A stretch of 32,000 nt of DNA from an uncultured archaeon (GCA_964551375.1 CAZKBG010000001.1:747329-779328); one strand, 5' to 3'; counted from the first letter of the stretch, positions 16,505 to 26,220 are shown. Program-made: numbers and translations. The notes: generated by a model from the sequence alone, not told the origin.

Positions 16505-17779
16505 ATGACGTTTAGGGAATTTGTAAAAAAAACTGATTTAACGGTGAGAAAACCAGTTTCAAAGAATTTAGAAGCAAGCGGCATAATTCACTCAGCGGGA
16601 GACAAAAGCATTCTCTTTGAAAAAATAAAAGAATCAAAATATAAAATTGCAGCAAATGTATTTGCAAACAAGCAAAAAGTTGCGGCATACCTTGGATGCG
16701 GAGTAAAAGATTTAGTTCCAGTGATGACTAAAGCTCTTCAAAACCCAACAAAACCAAAATTAGTCTCTAAAACCGACCACCAAGAACACCCTGTTGATTT
16801 AGACCTGCTTCCAATACTGACTCATACAGAAAAAGACGGCGGAGCATATGTTTCAAGCGGAATGATAATTGTAAGCGACCCAGGCGTGGGGCAGAATGTG
16901 TGCTATCATAGAGGAATGGTTATTTCAAAAAACAAATTAGCATTAAGAATACTTGAAAGAAACACAATGGAACTTTTGAAGAAAAACGGCGGAACATTAA
17001 AAGCAGCATACTGCGTAGGAAGCGGAGCAGAAGTATTAGTAGCTGCCGCAATGGCTCCAGCTCTTGGAGTAAACGAACTTGAAATAGCAAATTCAATGAA
17101 GCCAATTGAAGTAATGAAAGCAAAATTATTTGACGCGACACTTCCAGCGGACAGCGAATTTGTATTTGAAGGAACACTTACTTTAAACGAAAGACACAAA
17201 GAAGGGCCGTTTGTTGACTTGACAGAAACAAGCGACATAATCAGAGAAGAGCCTGTATTCACAGTTGAAAAAGTTTATGCAAGACCAAACCCAATATGGC
17301 ATGCGCTTCTTCCAGGCGGATTTGAACACAAAATATTAATGGGGATGCCAAGAGAACCAACTGTGTTTGACGAAGTGGCAAAAGCAGGAATAGAAGTTAT
17401 TGACGTGAGCGTAAATCCAGGCGGAAGCTCATGGTTCCACGTGATTGTAAAAATCAATAAAAAGAATGAAGACGACGGCAAACGCGCAATTGATGCCGCA
17501 ATGAAAGGACACACTTCAGGAAAGCACTTTTTTGTAGTGGATAAAGACATTGATATCTATAATCCGCTTGAAGTAGAATGGGCAATGGCGACAAGATTCC
17601 AAGCAGACAAGAATTTGTACCTGTTCCCAAAGCAGAAAGGATCATCACTTGATGCAAGCGCGGACCAAATCACACGCGAAACATGCAAAGCTGGATTTGA
17701 CTTGACAATGAGGCTTGATAAAGTAGGGAAAATGACAAGAACAGAATTCCCAAAGTACAATATAAAAGATTATTTGTAA
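16505..17779 (+). CDS. UbiD-family decarboxylase; by context, trans-anhydromevalonate-5-phosphate decarboxylase
   Basis: 424 aa. UbiD features are EGPFVD, NPGGSSWFHV and DKDIDIYNPLEVEWAMATRFQ. The specific function is inferred from its position between ubiX and the AcnX pair, with mvk and ipk in the locus. Confidence 0.75.
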   Translation: MTFREFVKKTDLTVRKPVSKNLEASGIIHSAGDKSILFEKIKESKYKIAANVFANKQKVAAYLGCGVKDLVPVMTKALQNPTKPKLVSKTDHQEHPVDLDLLPILTHTEKDGGAYVSSGMIIVSDPGVGQNVCYHRGMVISKNKLALRILERNTMELLKKNGGTLKAAYCVGSGAEVLVAAAMAPALGVNELEIANSMKPIEVMKAKLFDATLPADSEFVFEGTLTLNERHKEGPFVDLTETSDIIREEPVFTVEKVYARPNPIWHALLPGGFEHKILMGMPREPTVFDEVAKAGIEVIDVSVNPGGSSWFHVIVKINKKNEDDGKRAIDAAMKGHTSGKHFFVVDKDIDIYNPLEVEWAMATRFQADKNLYLFPKQKGSSLDASADQITRETCKAGFDLTMRLDKVGKMTRTEFPKYNIKDYL

Positions 17780-17841
17780 ATAAGTTAAGATATGAAGGTA
17801 ATTGAATATAATAAGTTTAGTAACCAAAAGATTGTGATTTT

Positions 17842-19029
17842 ATGAAGCTAACAAAACAAGAAAAGGATATGCTGAACGGCAAATACGGAAACGCCGTAAA
17901 GAAAAGCATGGGAATACTTGTAGCGCTTGGAGAAATATACAACGCAAAAAAATTAATTGATGTGACAAGCGTGCAAATAGCTGGAGTAAGCTATGACAAC
18001 CTTGGCGACGCAGGACTTGAATTCTTGGAAGAACTTGCAAAAGACGGCAAAGTAAAAGTTCTTACTACTCTCAATCCTGCGGGAATGGACCTTGAAAATT
18101 ATAAAGCACTTGGAATTAGCGAAGAGTTCGCAGTAAAACAAAGAAAAGTAATAGAAGCATTCTCTAAAATGGGAATACTTCCAACATGCACCTGCACTCC
18201 TTATTTAATTGGAAATAATCCTCATTTTGAACAACACATAGCGTGGAGCGAAAGCTCAGCTGTAGCATACGCAAATTCAGTAATAGGCGCTTACACAAAC
18301 AGAGAAGGCGGACCAAGCGCGCTAGCAGCAGCATTAACAGGAAAAACTCCTCTTTACGGAATGCATTTGCCCGAAAGCAGAAAAGCGCAAGTAAAAGTAA
18401 AAGTAAAATGCAAAATCAAAGGAACTTGGGAATTTGGAGCGCTTGGAAAAGCAATCGGAGAAAAAGTAAAAGCAAAACCAGTTTTGATTACAGGAATAAA
18501 AGAAGCGACAGTAGATGAGCTAAAATCATTCTCAGCAAGCATAGCAACATACGGCGGAGCAGCGATATTTCATATAAAAGGAATAACGCCTGGAAAAACA
18601 CCGACTCCAAAAGAAGAAATTGTAATTACTGAAGAAGACATTAAAAAAGCGGAAAAAGAAATGGACTCGGACTGCGAAGTTGATTTTGTAAGCGTAGGAT
18701 GCCCTCATGCAAGCCTTGCAGAACTTGCAAAAATCGCAGAGCTTTTGAAAGGAAAAAAAGTTACAAAAGAATTCTGGATAACAACCGCCCGCCCGACAAA
18801 AAAAATAGCTGATGCTGCAGGATATGCAAAAATAATTGAAGACGCAGGCGCAAAATTCGCCGCAGATACTTGCTGTGTTGTAGCTCCAATAAAAAACAGA
18901 TTCAAATGCATGGCAACGGACTCAGCAAAAGGATGCTACTATGCAGGCGCAAAAAATAATTTCAAAGTAAAAATTATGCCGATTGAAAGATTAATAGAAG
19001 AAGCATGCAAGCCAATCGGGCAAAAATGA
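17842..19029 (+). CDS. Aconitase X catalytic subunit (DUF521); phosphomevalonate dehydratase large subunit
   Basis: 395 aa. MKLTKQEKDMLNGKYG N-terminus. Cys ligand contexts are PTCTCTPY, VGCPHAS and ADTCCVV. Confidence 0.85.
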   Translation: MKLTKQEKDMLNGKYGNAVKKSMGILVALGEIYNAKKLIDVTSVQIAGVSYDNLGDAGLEFLEELAKDGKVKVLTTLNPAGMDLENYKALGISEEFAVKQRKVIEAFSKMGILPTCTCTPYLIGNNPHFEQHIAWSESSAVAYANSVIGAYTNREGGPSALAAALTGKTPLYGMHLPESRKAQVKVKVKCKIKGTWEFGALGKAIGEKVKAKPVLITGIKEATVDELKSFSASIATYGGAAIFHIKGITPGKTPTPKEEIVITEEDIKKAEKEMDSDCEVDFVSVGCPHASLAELAKIAELLKGKKVTKEFWITTARPTKKIADAAGYAKIIEDAGAKFAADTCCVVAPIKNRFKCMATDSAKGCYYAGAKNNFKVKIMPIERLIEEACKPIGQK

Positions 19030-19082
19030 AAAAAGCGGTAAATTGAGTAATGAAATGATATTTTGAAAAAAATGTGGTGTTT

Positions 19083-19475
19083 ATGACAGAACTAAAAGGA
19101 AGAAAAATATTTGGCGGCTCAATCGAAGGAGAAGCGCTTGTAACAACACAAGGGATTTCATTCTTCGGCGGAGTAAATCCTGACAACGGCGTAGTGCAGG
19201 AAAAAGGACACGAACTTGAAGGGCAGAGCATATCAGGAAAAATACTTGTTCTCCCGCAGGGAAAAGGCTCAACAGTAGGAAGCTATGCGATTTACCGAAT
19301 GAAAAAACAAGGAACTGCTCCAAAAGCGATTGTATTAAGCGAATGCGAAGCAATAGTTGCGGTAGGCGCGATAATTTCAGAAATCCCGTGCGTTGACAAG
19401 ATTGATATTTCAAAAATAAAAACAGGGCAAAAGCTGAAAGTAGACGGCGACAAAGGAATAGTTGAACTAAAATAG
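19083..19475 (+). CDS. Aconitase X swivel subunit (DUF126); phosphomevalonate dehydratase small subunit
   Basis: GEALVTTQGISFFGGVNPDNG and GKILVLPQGKGSTVGSY. The ATG at 19083 is preceded by GGTG; the ORF-track GTG at 19074 is also possible. Confidence 0.85.
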   Translation: MTELKGRKIFGGSIEGEALVTTQGISFFGGVNPDNGVVQEKGHELEGQSISGKILVLPQGKGSTVGSYAIYRMKKQGTAPKAIVLSECEAIVAVGAIISEIPCVDKIDISKIKTGQKLKVDGDKGIVELK

Positions 19476-19559
19476 CAATATAGGTCTAAAAAATCGATAT
19501 ATTTTCTTATTCAAGATACTTTTAAATAAAGAAAAAGTGCTCATTTTGCAAGTGGTTTA

Positions 19560-20210
19560 ATGTTTGGCAGAAGAGGGCAGGGCACAATAGAATACCTTGT
19601 AATTATTGCAGTTGTGATAGTTTTAGCGCTTGTTGTTTCTTATTTTATGATGGGCTCGCTTGGCTCGGCTTCAGCAGCAGAAAAGGCGAGTCTTAAAGCA
19701 GCTTGGCAGTCAAAAGAAGTGGGAATTGCTGATTTTGCAGTTGATTCAAGCGGAAGCGGAAAAATCGCATTGATGAACAACTCTGGCGAATTTGTGAGAA
19801 TAAAGAAAGTTTATGTTGAAGGAGTGCTTGTTTATGACGGAACGCTTTCACTTGGAAATTTTGACAAATATGTAGTGGGCTCTTTTGCAAGCAATGTCGC
19901 AGCGTGCAGTGCGGACAGAAGATATAGAATAAGAATAGTTTACGAGGCTGAAAGCGGGCTTGAAGATGAAGTGAGCGGAGATTTGTACCCAGAATGCATG
20001 GCAAGCGCATCACAAATAAACACTTTGCTTTTAAGCATCCCAAATATTGACTCAAACATAAATATCGACTTGAATGTATCAACAGGACTTTTAGGACTTG
20101 CAAACTCACAGGCAGTGAATACAAGAAACCTTGACAATATTTCACAAGGCTCATCCCCAGACTCAAATGTAAAATATGACACTAATGTTGTGACATTAAA
20201 TACAGTGTGA
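19560..20210 (+). CDS. Class III signal-peptide (archaeal pilin-like) protein, 216 aa
   Basis: N-terminus MFGRRG|QGTIEYLVIIAVVIVLALVV matches the 3175 ORF at 19 of 20 positions. A TATA-like CTTTTAAATA lies ~40 nt upstream. Its stop is 4 nt before the giant ORF start. Confidence 0.8.
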   Translation: MFGRRGQGTIEYLVIIAVVIVLALVVSYFMMGSLGSASAAEKASLKAAWQSKEVGIADFAVDSSGSGKIALMNNSGEFVRIKKVYVEGVLVYDGTLSLGNFDKYVVGSFASNVAACSADRRYRIRIVYEAESGLEDEVSGDLYPECMASASQINTLLLSIPNIDSNINIDLNVSTGLLGLANSQAVNTRNLDNISQGSSPDSNVKYDTNVVTLNTV

Positions 20211-20214
20211 GTTT

Positions 20215-23200
20215 ATGGGTTATTCTAAATTTTTATTGGCTTTTATATTTATTCTTTTTTTGACAAATGTTTTTTCAGTAGACATTTCCACATGCGCTGA
20301 TTTATACAATATGGCTGAATCTTCAAGCTCATTTACCGTTACAACCAATATTGACTGCGCAGCATATACAGCCGCGGGAGATAAATTTGGAAACGCAATA
20401 AATTTTTACGGAACGCTTGACGGAGGAAACTATACTATAAGCAATATTTATGTAAATGCTCCAGGGGCAGATTATGTCGGAGGAATATTTAGAACAGTAA
20501 ACAGTGTCAGCAATTTAACTCTTCAAAATGTAAAAATATATGCAAGCAACAGAAGCTATGTCGGGGGGCTTGCGGGACAATCAAGCGGAACAATAACAAA
20601 TGTCACAGTAAGAGACTCAAATATTTTTGGAAACAACTTTGCAGGAATAGTTGTGGGAAACTCTTTAGGACAGGTGCTGAATTCGTCAGTTTATGATTCA
20701 AATATTTCCGCAAACCACGCAGTTGGAGGAATGGTCGGCAGAGTATATCATAACATGCTGAATCCAAGAGTAAGCAATGCGATAATCAACGGAGTTGGGG
20801 ATGCTTCAAATGCATATGGAGTGGGGGGAGTTGTTGGAACAATAGACACAACAAATAGAAGAATAGATTTGAATGATTCAGTTGTGTCGCTTGGAAATTT
20901 ATACGGAACATACTTTGTGGGCGGAGCAGTAGGGGTGGCAACATGCTATTACTGCTCAAATCCAGTAACAATGAACCGAATCACAGTTAATGCAAATCAA
21001 ATAACCGGAAATCAATACGTGGGCGGGCTTGCCGGGCACTTTCCATTGCCAATAACAATAACCGATTCAAACGCCACAGTGACTCAAATTACAGGAGACC
21101 GAGCAAATTCAGGCTCAATAGGAGGGCTTGTAGGGTACGCAAATGTTGTGGGGAGCAATTTATCCTTCACAGGAAATATTTCAATAAATTCCTCAGGCAG
21201 CACAACAGGGTATATCGGCGGGCTTGTCGGAAGAATTGATTCAGGCTCAATAAGAAACGCAAAAGCAGATGTAAACATTGACACTACGCTTGGCTCGGTA
21301 ACAATGGATAATGTCGGCGGAATTTTGGGATTTGATAATTCAAATACAACAATTACCGACGCAAACGTAGTCTTTGGCGTAATAAAAGGAAAAAATTCTG
21401 TCGGCGGAATTGCAGGAAATATTACAACTTCAATTGTTCGAACAAGAGTTACCGGAACAACACTTACCGGGGTAGGCGCTGATACTTATTATGGGACTGG
21501 CGGAGTTGCGGGAACTGCAAGAGCCGACAGCAGAAGAATTGATTTGAATGACTCAGTTGTTAACATTACTACTATTAACGGAACAAGATTTACTGGGGGA
21601 ATAGTCGGAGTGGGGTGGTGTTATTACTGCTCTAATCCAACAAATGTTTTCAACTCTTCTTTTACAGGCTCTGCTTTGAACGGTTATCAGTTTGCTGGAG
21701 GAATCGCAGGATATCTACCAAGCGGAACATCCCTAATTTCAAACTCAACGGCAAGAATTCCTCAAATGACTTTTTCAGGCTCTGACCCTTACTATTCAGG
21801 CGGAGTGGGAGGAGCAGTAATTAACATAACTAATTCAAATTTTATTGGAAATATTGACGTAAGCAAATCTTCCAACACAGGAAGCGGATACTTTGGGGGA
21901 ATTGCAGGACAGGCAAATTCAATCTCAGACTCATGGGCTGACACAAATCTTAACTTAATGCTCGGAACATATGCGAGTAATTATGTCGGCGGGCTCGTTG
22001 GAAATTACACAGGAAATATTACTTCCAGCTATGCAAAAGTCCACCATATTTGGGAACCAAGCACTTCAAACGGGACAAACATAGGGGGGCTTGCAGGGCA
22101 GGGGGCTACTGCGGGCGGATACATAATAGACTCAAATGTAACTTTTAATGATATTAACGGAGGAAACAGCGTAGGAGGGCTTGCAGGATATACTCAAGGA
22201 AATATTTTGCGAACAAAAGTAATTGGAAACACTTTAAGCGGAACAGGCGCCGATTCATATTATGGTGTCGGCGGGCTTGTCGGAACAATAAGAGCCGACA
22301 GCGGAAGAGTTGACCTAAATTATGCAAATGTAAATATTACTACAATTAACGGAACAAGATTTACGGGCGGAATTGTGGGAGCTGGATGGTGTTATTACTG
22401 CTCATACACAACAAATGTATTTAACTCAACTTTCACAGGCTCTGCTTTGAACGGTTATCAGTTTGCTGGAGGAATCGCAGGATGGCTTCCAAGCGGCGCA
22501 TCAAAAATATATGATTCAAATGCGCGAATTACAAGAATTTATCTTTCAGGTTCCAACCCATATTATTCAGGAGGAGTTGGCGGACAGGCATATGATATAA
22601 ACAATGCAAATTTTATAGGACTAATTGAGGTCAACAAATCTTCCAACTCAGGAGACGGATACTTTGGAGGACTTGCGGGACACGCAAACAGTATTTCATA
22701 TTCCTGGGCTGACACAAACCTTAACCTTCATCTTGGAGCATATGCGAGTAATTATGTCGGCGGGCTCGTTGGAAATTATACTGGAAACATTGACCACAGC
22801 TGGGTTAGGGTTCATCATATTTTTGAGCCTGCAACAAGCAATGGCGGAAGAGTGGGAGGACTTGCAGGGCAGGGGGCTACTGCGGGCGGATATATTTCTG
22901 ATTCGAACGCCGTGTTTACTGATATTAACGGTGGAAATGATGTTGGAGGGCTTGTTGGTTATGCGCAGGGAAATATTTTAAGAAATAAAGTTACTGGAAC
23001 AAATGTTAGAGGGACTGGTTATTTAGACGGTTATAGTTTGTATGGTGTTGGCGGATTAGTTGGAACAATGCAGGCAGGAGCGCGCTCCGATGTAAATGAT
23101 AATGTTGTTGATTTGAATTCGGTTGTTGCTACAAGTGGTGCCGGCGGACTAGTCGGCTCGCAGTATTGTTACAGCTGTTCTTCAAGCTACTGGATGGGAG

Positions 23201-26199
23201 TAAATAGATCTAAGGCTGATTTGAACTGGCTGATTGGGACTACGCACGTGGGCGGCTTAGTCGGACACATTCCGCTTACAGCAAGTTTTATTGCCGACTC
23301 AAACGCAAGGATTGTAAAAATTTTGGCCACAGGTTCCGACCCATATCACATTGCAGGACTAGCAGGAGCAAATGCAGGAGACATTATCAGGTCAAATTTT
23401 GTTGGAGAAATTGATGTTAGAAAAACAAGCGGAAGCGGAAACAACGGATACATTGCAGGACTTTCAGGGTCAGTTAGAAATATTTATTCCTCATGGGCTG
23501 ATACAAATATTAACATAATGCTTGGAACTTTTTCCACAAACTATGTCGGCGGATTAACAGGATACTATTCAGGAAATATTACTTCAAGCTGGGCAAGGGT
23601 TCACCATATTTGGGAGCCTGCAACAAGTAACGGCGGAAGAGTGGGAGGACTTGCAGGATATGGGGCTACTGCGGGCGGATATATTTCTGATTCGAACGCA
23701 ATGTTTACTGATATTAACGGTGGAAATGATGTCGGAGGGCTTGTTGGTTATGCGCAGGGAAATATTTTGAGAAATAAAGTTACTGGAACAAATGTCCGCG
23801 GCGCAGGACTTGCTGATGGGTACAGTGTATATGGTGTTGGCGGTTTAGTTGGAACTATGCAATCAGGAGCGCGCTCTGATGTAAATGATAATTCAGTTGA
23901 TTTAAATAGTGTCAGCGGAACAACGGGTGTTGGCGGGTTAGTGGGTTCGCAGTATTGTTACAGCTGTTCTTCAAGCTACTGGATGGGAGTAAACCGTTCA
24001 AGCGTTCGGTTAAATTTTTTGTCTGGAACAAATTATATTGGCGGAATTTTTGGGCACGCTCCATTGACAGGGACATTTATTTCTGACTCAAATGCAAGAA
24101 TTCCAAAGATTACTGCTTCAGGAACAGACCCATATCACGTTGGGGGATTATGCGGACAAACAGAAGGAGATGTGATAAGGTCAAACTTTATTGGAGAAAT
24201 TGATATTAGAAAAACAAGCGGGAGCGGGAATAACGGATACATTGCAGGACTATGCGGAGCAGTAAGAAATATTTCTTACTCGTGGGCTGATACAAACATT
24301 AACATTCTACTTGGGGGATATTCAACAAATTATGTCGGCGGATTAACAGGGTGGCTCAGAGGAAATATGACTTACAGCAATGCAATACTTGGGCATATTT
24401 GGGAACCTGCAACTTCAAACGGCGGAAGAGTAGGCGGATTAGTAGGGCAAGTAGCAGTAGCAGGCGCAAGCATTTCAGATTCAAATGTTATTTTTGTTGA
24501 TATTAACGGGGGAAATGATGTTGGGGGGCTTGTTGGTTATGCGCAGGGAAATGTTCTAAGGAGCAAAGTAACTGGAGTAAATGTTCGAGGCACAGGACTT
24601 GAAGATGGTTATAGTTTGTATGGTGTCGGCGGTTTGGTTGGGACTATGCAGTCAGGCGCGCGTTCTGATGTAAATGATTGTTCAGTTGATTTGAATAGTG
24701 TAGTGGGACTTGCAGGAGTTGGAGGAATAGTCGGCTCTCAGTATTGTTATAGTTGTTCTTCAAGCTACTGGATGGGAGTAAATAGAAGCGTTGCAAGAAT
24801 TAATTCATTAATCGGAGCCAAATACACAGGCGGAATTTTTGGGCACGCTCCATTAACAGGAAGTTTTGCAGCAGATTCAAATGCAATAATTACAAGAATT
24901 TACGCGGCGGGGAGCGACACTTATAATATTGGGGGAGTAGTAGGCGCAAACGCAGGAGATGTTATGCGCTCATATTTTATTGGAACAATTGATGTAAGCA
25001 AATCTTCAAACACTGCTAACGGCGGAATTGGAGGAGTTGCAGGGTCAGTGCGAAATGTATACCAATCCTACGCAGACACAAATATTGATTTTACATTAGG
25101 GAATTATTCAGGAAACAGCGTTGGGGGAGTTGCAGGAAGCGCGGTTACAATAAATGACTCCTACGTTAGAGCAGCTTATATTAAATCAACGCGCTCGGGC
25201 TCATATACAGGAGGACTTGTTGGGTACGCTCAAGGAAATATTAATCACTCATACGCGGCAGTTGCCGATGTAAATGGATATTCATCAGTTGGAGGGCTTG
25301 TGGGATACTTTACAAGCTCTTACACGGTTTCAAATTCATTCTTTGTGGGAAAAGCAAAAGCATCAAGCTCGGTTGATAATAATATTTTAGCAGGCGCAAA
25401 CGGAAGCGTATCAAACTGCTACTTTAACAACACAGGCTCAAGCGTTGTTTACAAATTAAATGCGGGCTCAACAACAGAACAAGACCCAAACGCGGGCTCA
25501 TCATTTTTCAAAGGCAATTCTACAAACCCTCCATTTGGAGCGGGAGTAGGCGACTGGAATTTTAGCGGAATATGGTATGTGTGGTCAAACGATTATCCTA
25601 AATTTGTTAAAAAACTGGCTTATTACACAAGCGGAATATTCATTTCTCCAGCAATCAATCTTGGCACCCCAAAAAGATTTGTTTCATTCGACTTCAACGG
25701 CAATTTTCCGAACGGAACAGATGTAAATTTCCAAATAAGAACCGCTGACTCAAACTCAAATCTTTCAAGCGAAGACTGGGTGGGGCCAAATGACAGCACA
25801 AGCGAATATTACAACAGCACAAGCACAAAAGCAATAACAACCGCGCATGATTTTGATTCATGGATGCAATGGAGAGCAAAACTTTATACAAACGACGAAA
25901 TAATCACTCCTACAATTTACTACGCTGATGTAAACACAGTGGGAATAGGAAGCGTAATATGGTATGGACTATCTGACGGGGCGCAGTGGAGCTCGTTTGA
26001 TTATAATGTGGTATCAACAAACGGCGGAAGCGTTGACTGGTTCTACGGGCCGTCAACAACAGGTCCATGGACTGCGACATCAATGCTTCTTAGCGGACAA
26101 AATGTTATAGGGATAAAAGCAGTAGCAAGCGCTTCAATTGACGCAAATACTCCAAATATAAGCCCTGATTTGAACGTGTCTTACTCAAGACAAAACTAA
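20215..26199 (+). CDS. Giant secreted GLUG-motif repeat protein (1994 aa), paralog 1
   Basis: Sec-type signal peptide MGYSKFLLAFIFILFLTNVFSV. N-terminal module I-x-T-C-x-D-L...DC...F-x-G-T-L-D-G-x-x-Y-x-I, then dozens of [YVI]-[VI]-G-G-[LI]-[VA]-G repeats. The C-terminal ~330 aa are non-repetitive (DWNFSGIWYVW...YPKF...WMQWRAKLYTND). N-x-S/T sequons are very dense. No C-terminal TM anchor was seen. Confidence 0.85.
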   Translation: MGYSKFLLAFIFILFLTNVFSVDISTCADLYNMAESSSSFTVTTNIDCAAYTAAGDKFGNAINFYGTLDGGNYTISNIYVNAPGADYVGGIFRTVNSVSNLTLQNVKIYASNRSYVGGLAGQSSGTITNVTVRDSNIFGNNFAGIVVGNSLGQVLNSSVYDSNISANHAVGGMVGRVYHNMLNPRVSNAIINGVGDASNAYGVGGVVGTIDTTNRRIDLNDSVVSLGNLYGTYFVGGAVGVATCYYCSNPVTMNRITVNANQITGNQYVGGLAGHFPLPITITDSNATVTQITGDRANSGSIGGLVGYANVVGSNLSFTGNISINSSGSTTGYIGGLVGRIDSGSIRNAKADVNIDTTLGSVTMDNVGGILGFDNSNTTITDANVVFGVIKGKNSVGGIAGNITTSIVRTRVTGTTLTGVGADTYYGTGGVAGTARADSRRIDLNDSVVNITTINGTRFTGGIVGVGWCYYCSNPTNVFNSSFTGSALNGYQFAGGIAGYLPSGTSLISNSTARIPQMTFSGSDPYYSGGVGGAVINITNSNFIGNIDVSKSSNTGSGYFGGIAGQANSISDSWADTNLNLMLGTYASNYVGGLVGNYTGNITSSYAKVHHIWEPSTSNGTNIGGLAGQGATAGGYIIDSNVTFNDINGGNSVGGLAGYTQGNILRTKVIGNTLSGTGADSYYGVGGLVGTIRADSGRVDLNYANVNITTINGTRFTGGIVGAGWCYYCSYTTNVFNSTFTGSALNGYQFAGGIAGWLPSGASKIYDSNARITRIYLSGSNPYYSGGVGGQAYDINNANFIGLIEVNKSSNSGDGYFGGLAGHANSISYSWADTNLNLHLGAYASNYVGGLVGNYTGNIDHSWVRVHHIFEPATSNGGRVGGLAGQGATAGGYISDSNAVFTDINGGNDVGGLVGYAQGNILRNKVTGTNVRGTGYLDGYSLYGVGGLVGTMQAGARSDVNDNVVDLNSVVATSGAGGLVGSQYCYSCSSSYWMGVNRSKADLNWLIGTTHVGGLVGHIPLTASFIADSNARIVKILATGSDPYHIAGLAGANAGDIIRSNFVGEIDVRKTSGSGNNGYIAGLSGSVRNIYSSWADTNINIMLGTFSTNYVGGLTGYYSGNITSSWARVHHIWEPATSNGGRVGGLAGYGATAGGYISDSNAMFTDINGGNDVGGLVGYAQGNILRNKVTGTNVRGAGLADGYSVYGVGGLVGTMQSGARSDVNDNSVDLNSVSGTTGVGGLVGSQYCYSCSSSYWMGVNRSSVRLNFLSGTNYIGGIFGHAPLTGTFISDSNARIPKITASGTDPYHVGGLCGQTEGDVIRSNFIGEIDIRKTSGSGNNGYIAGLCGAVRNISYSWADTNINILLGGYSTNYVGGLTGWLRGNMTYSNAILGHIWEPATSNGGRVGGLVGQVAVAGASISDSNVIFVDINGGNDVGGLVGYAQGNVLRSKVTGVNVRGTGLEDGYSLYGVGGLVGTMQSGARSDVNDCSVDLNSVVGLAGVGGIVGSQYCYSCSSSYWMGVNRSVARINSLIGAKYTGGIFGHAPLTGSFAADSNAIITRIYAAGSDTYNIGGVVGANAGDVMRSYFIGTIDVSKSSNTANGGIGGVAGSVRNVYQSYADTNIDFTLGNYSGNSVGGVAGSAVTINDSYVRAAYIKSTRSGSYTGGLVGYAQGNINHSYAAVADVNGYSSVGGLVGYFTSSYTVSNSFFVGKAKASSSVDNNILAGANGSVSNCYFNNTGSSVVYKLNAGSTTEQDPNAGSSFFKGNSTNPPFGAGVGDWNFSGIWYVWSNDYPKFVKKLAYYTSGIFISPAINLGTPKRFVSFDFNGNFPNGTDVNFQIRTADSNSNLSSEDWVGPNDSTSEYYNSTSTKAITTAHDFDSWMQWRAKLYTNDEIITPTIYYADVNTVGIGSVIWYGLSDGAQWSSFDYNVVSTNGGSVDWFYGPSTTGPWTATSMLLSGQNVIGIKAVASASIDANTPNISPDLNVSYSRQN
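21259..25100 (+). repeat. Intragenic super-repeat array (~257-263 codons per unit, five to six units)
   Basis: In-frame anchors (AKADVN / SWADTN / SYADTN) lie at 21259, 21931, 22702, 23491, 24280 and 25066. Spacings are 672, 771, 789, 789 and 786 nt. 22843-23006 differs from 23632-23795 at ~7 of 164 nt. 23158-23204 equals 23947-23993 (47 nt identical). 21664-21712 equals 22435-22483 (49 nt identical). Confidence 0.9.
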
Positions 26200-26220
26200 A
26201 TAACTTAATAGACTAAATTT

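Noticed and set aside
19693-20166. 157-aa minus-strand ORF
   Set aside because: It is antisense to the pilin-like gene, whose class III signal peptide and promoter support the + strand reading.
22625-22981. 118-aa + strand ORF in an alternative frame inside giant paralog 1 (similarly 29707-29901 in paralog 2)
   Set aside because: It is fully nested in a long, repeat-supported reading frame and has no start context. The open frame is probably a by-product of the biased repeat composition.
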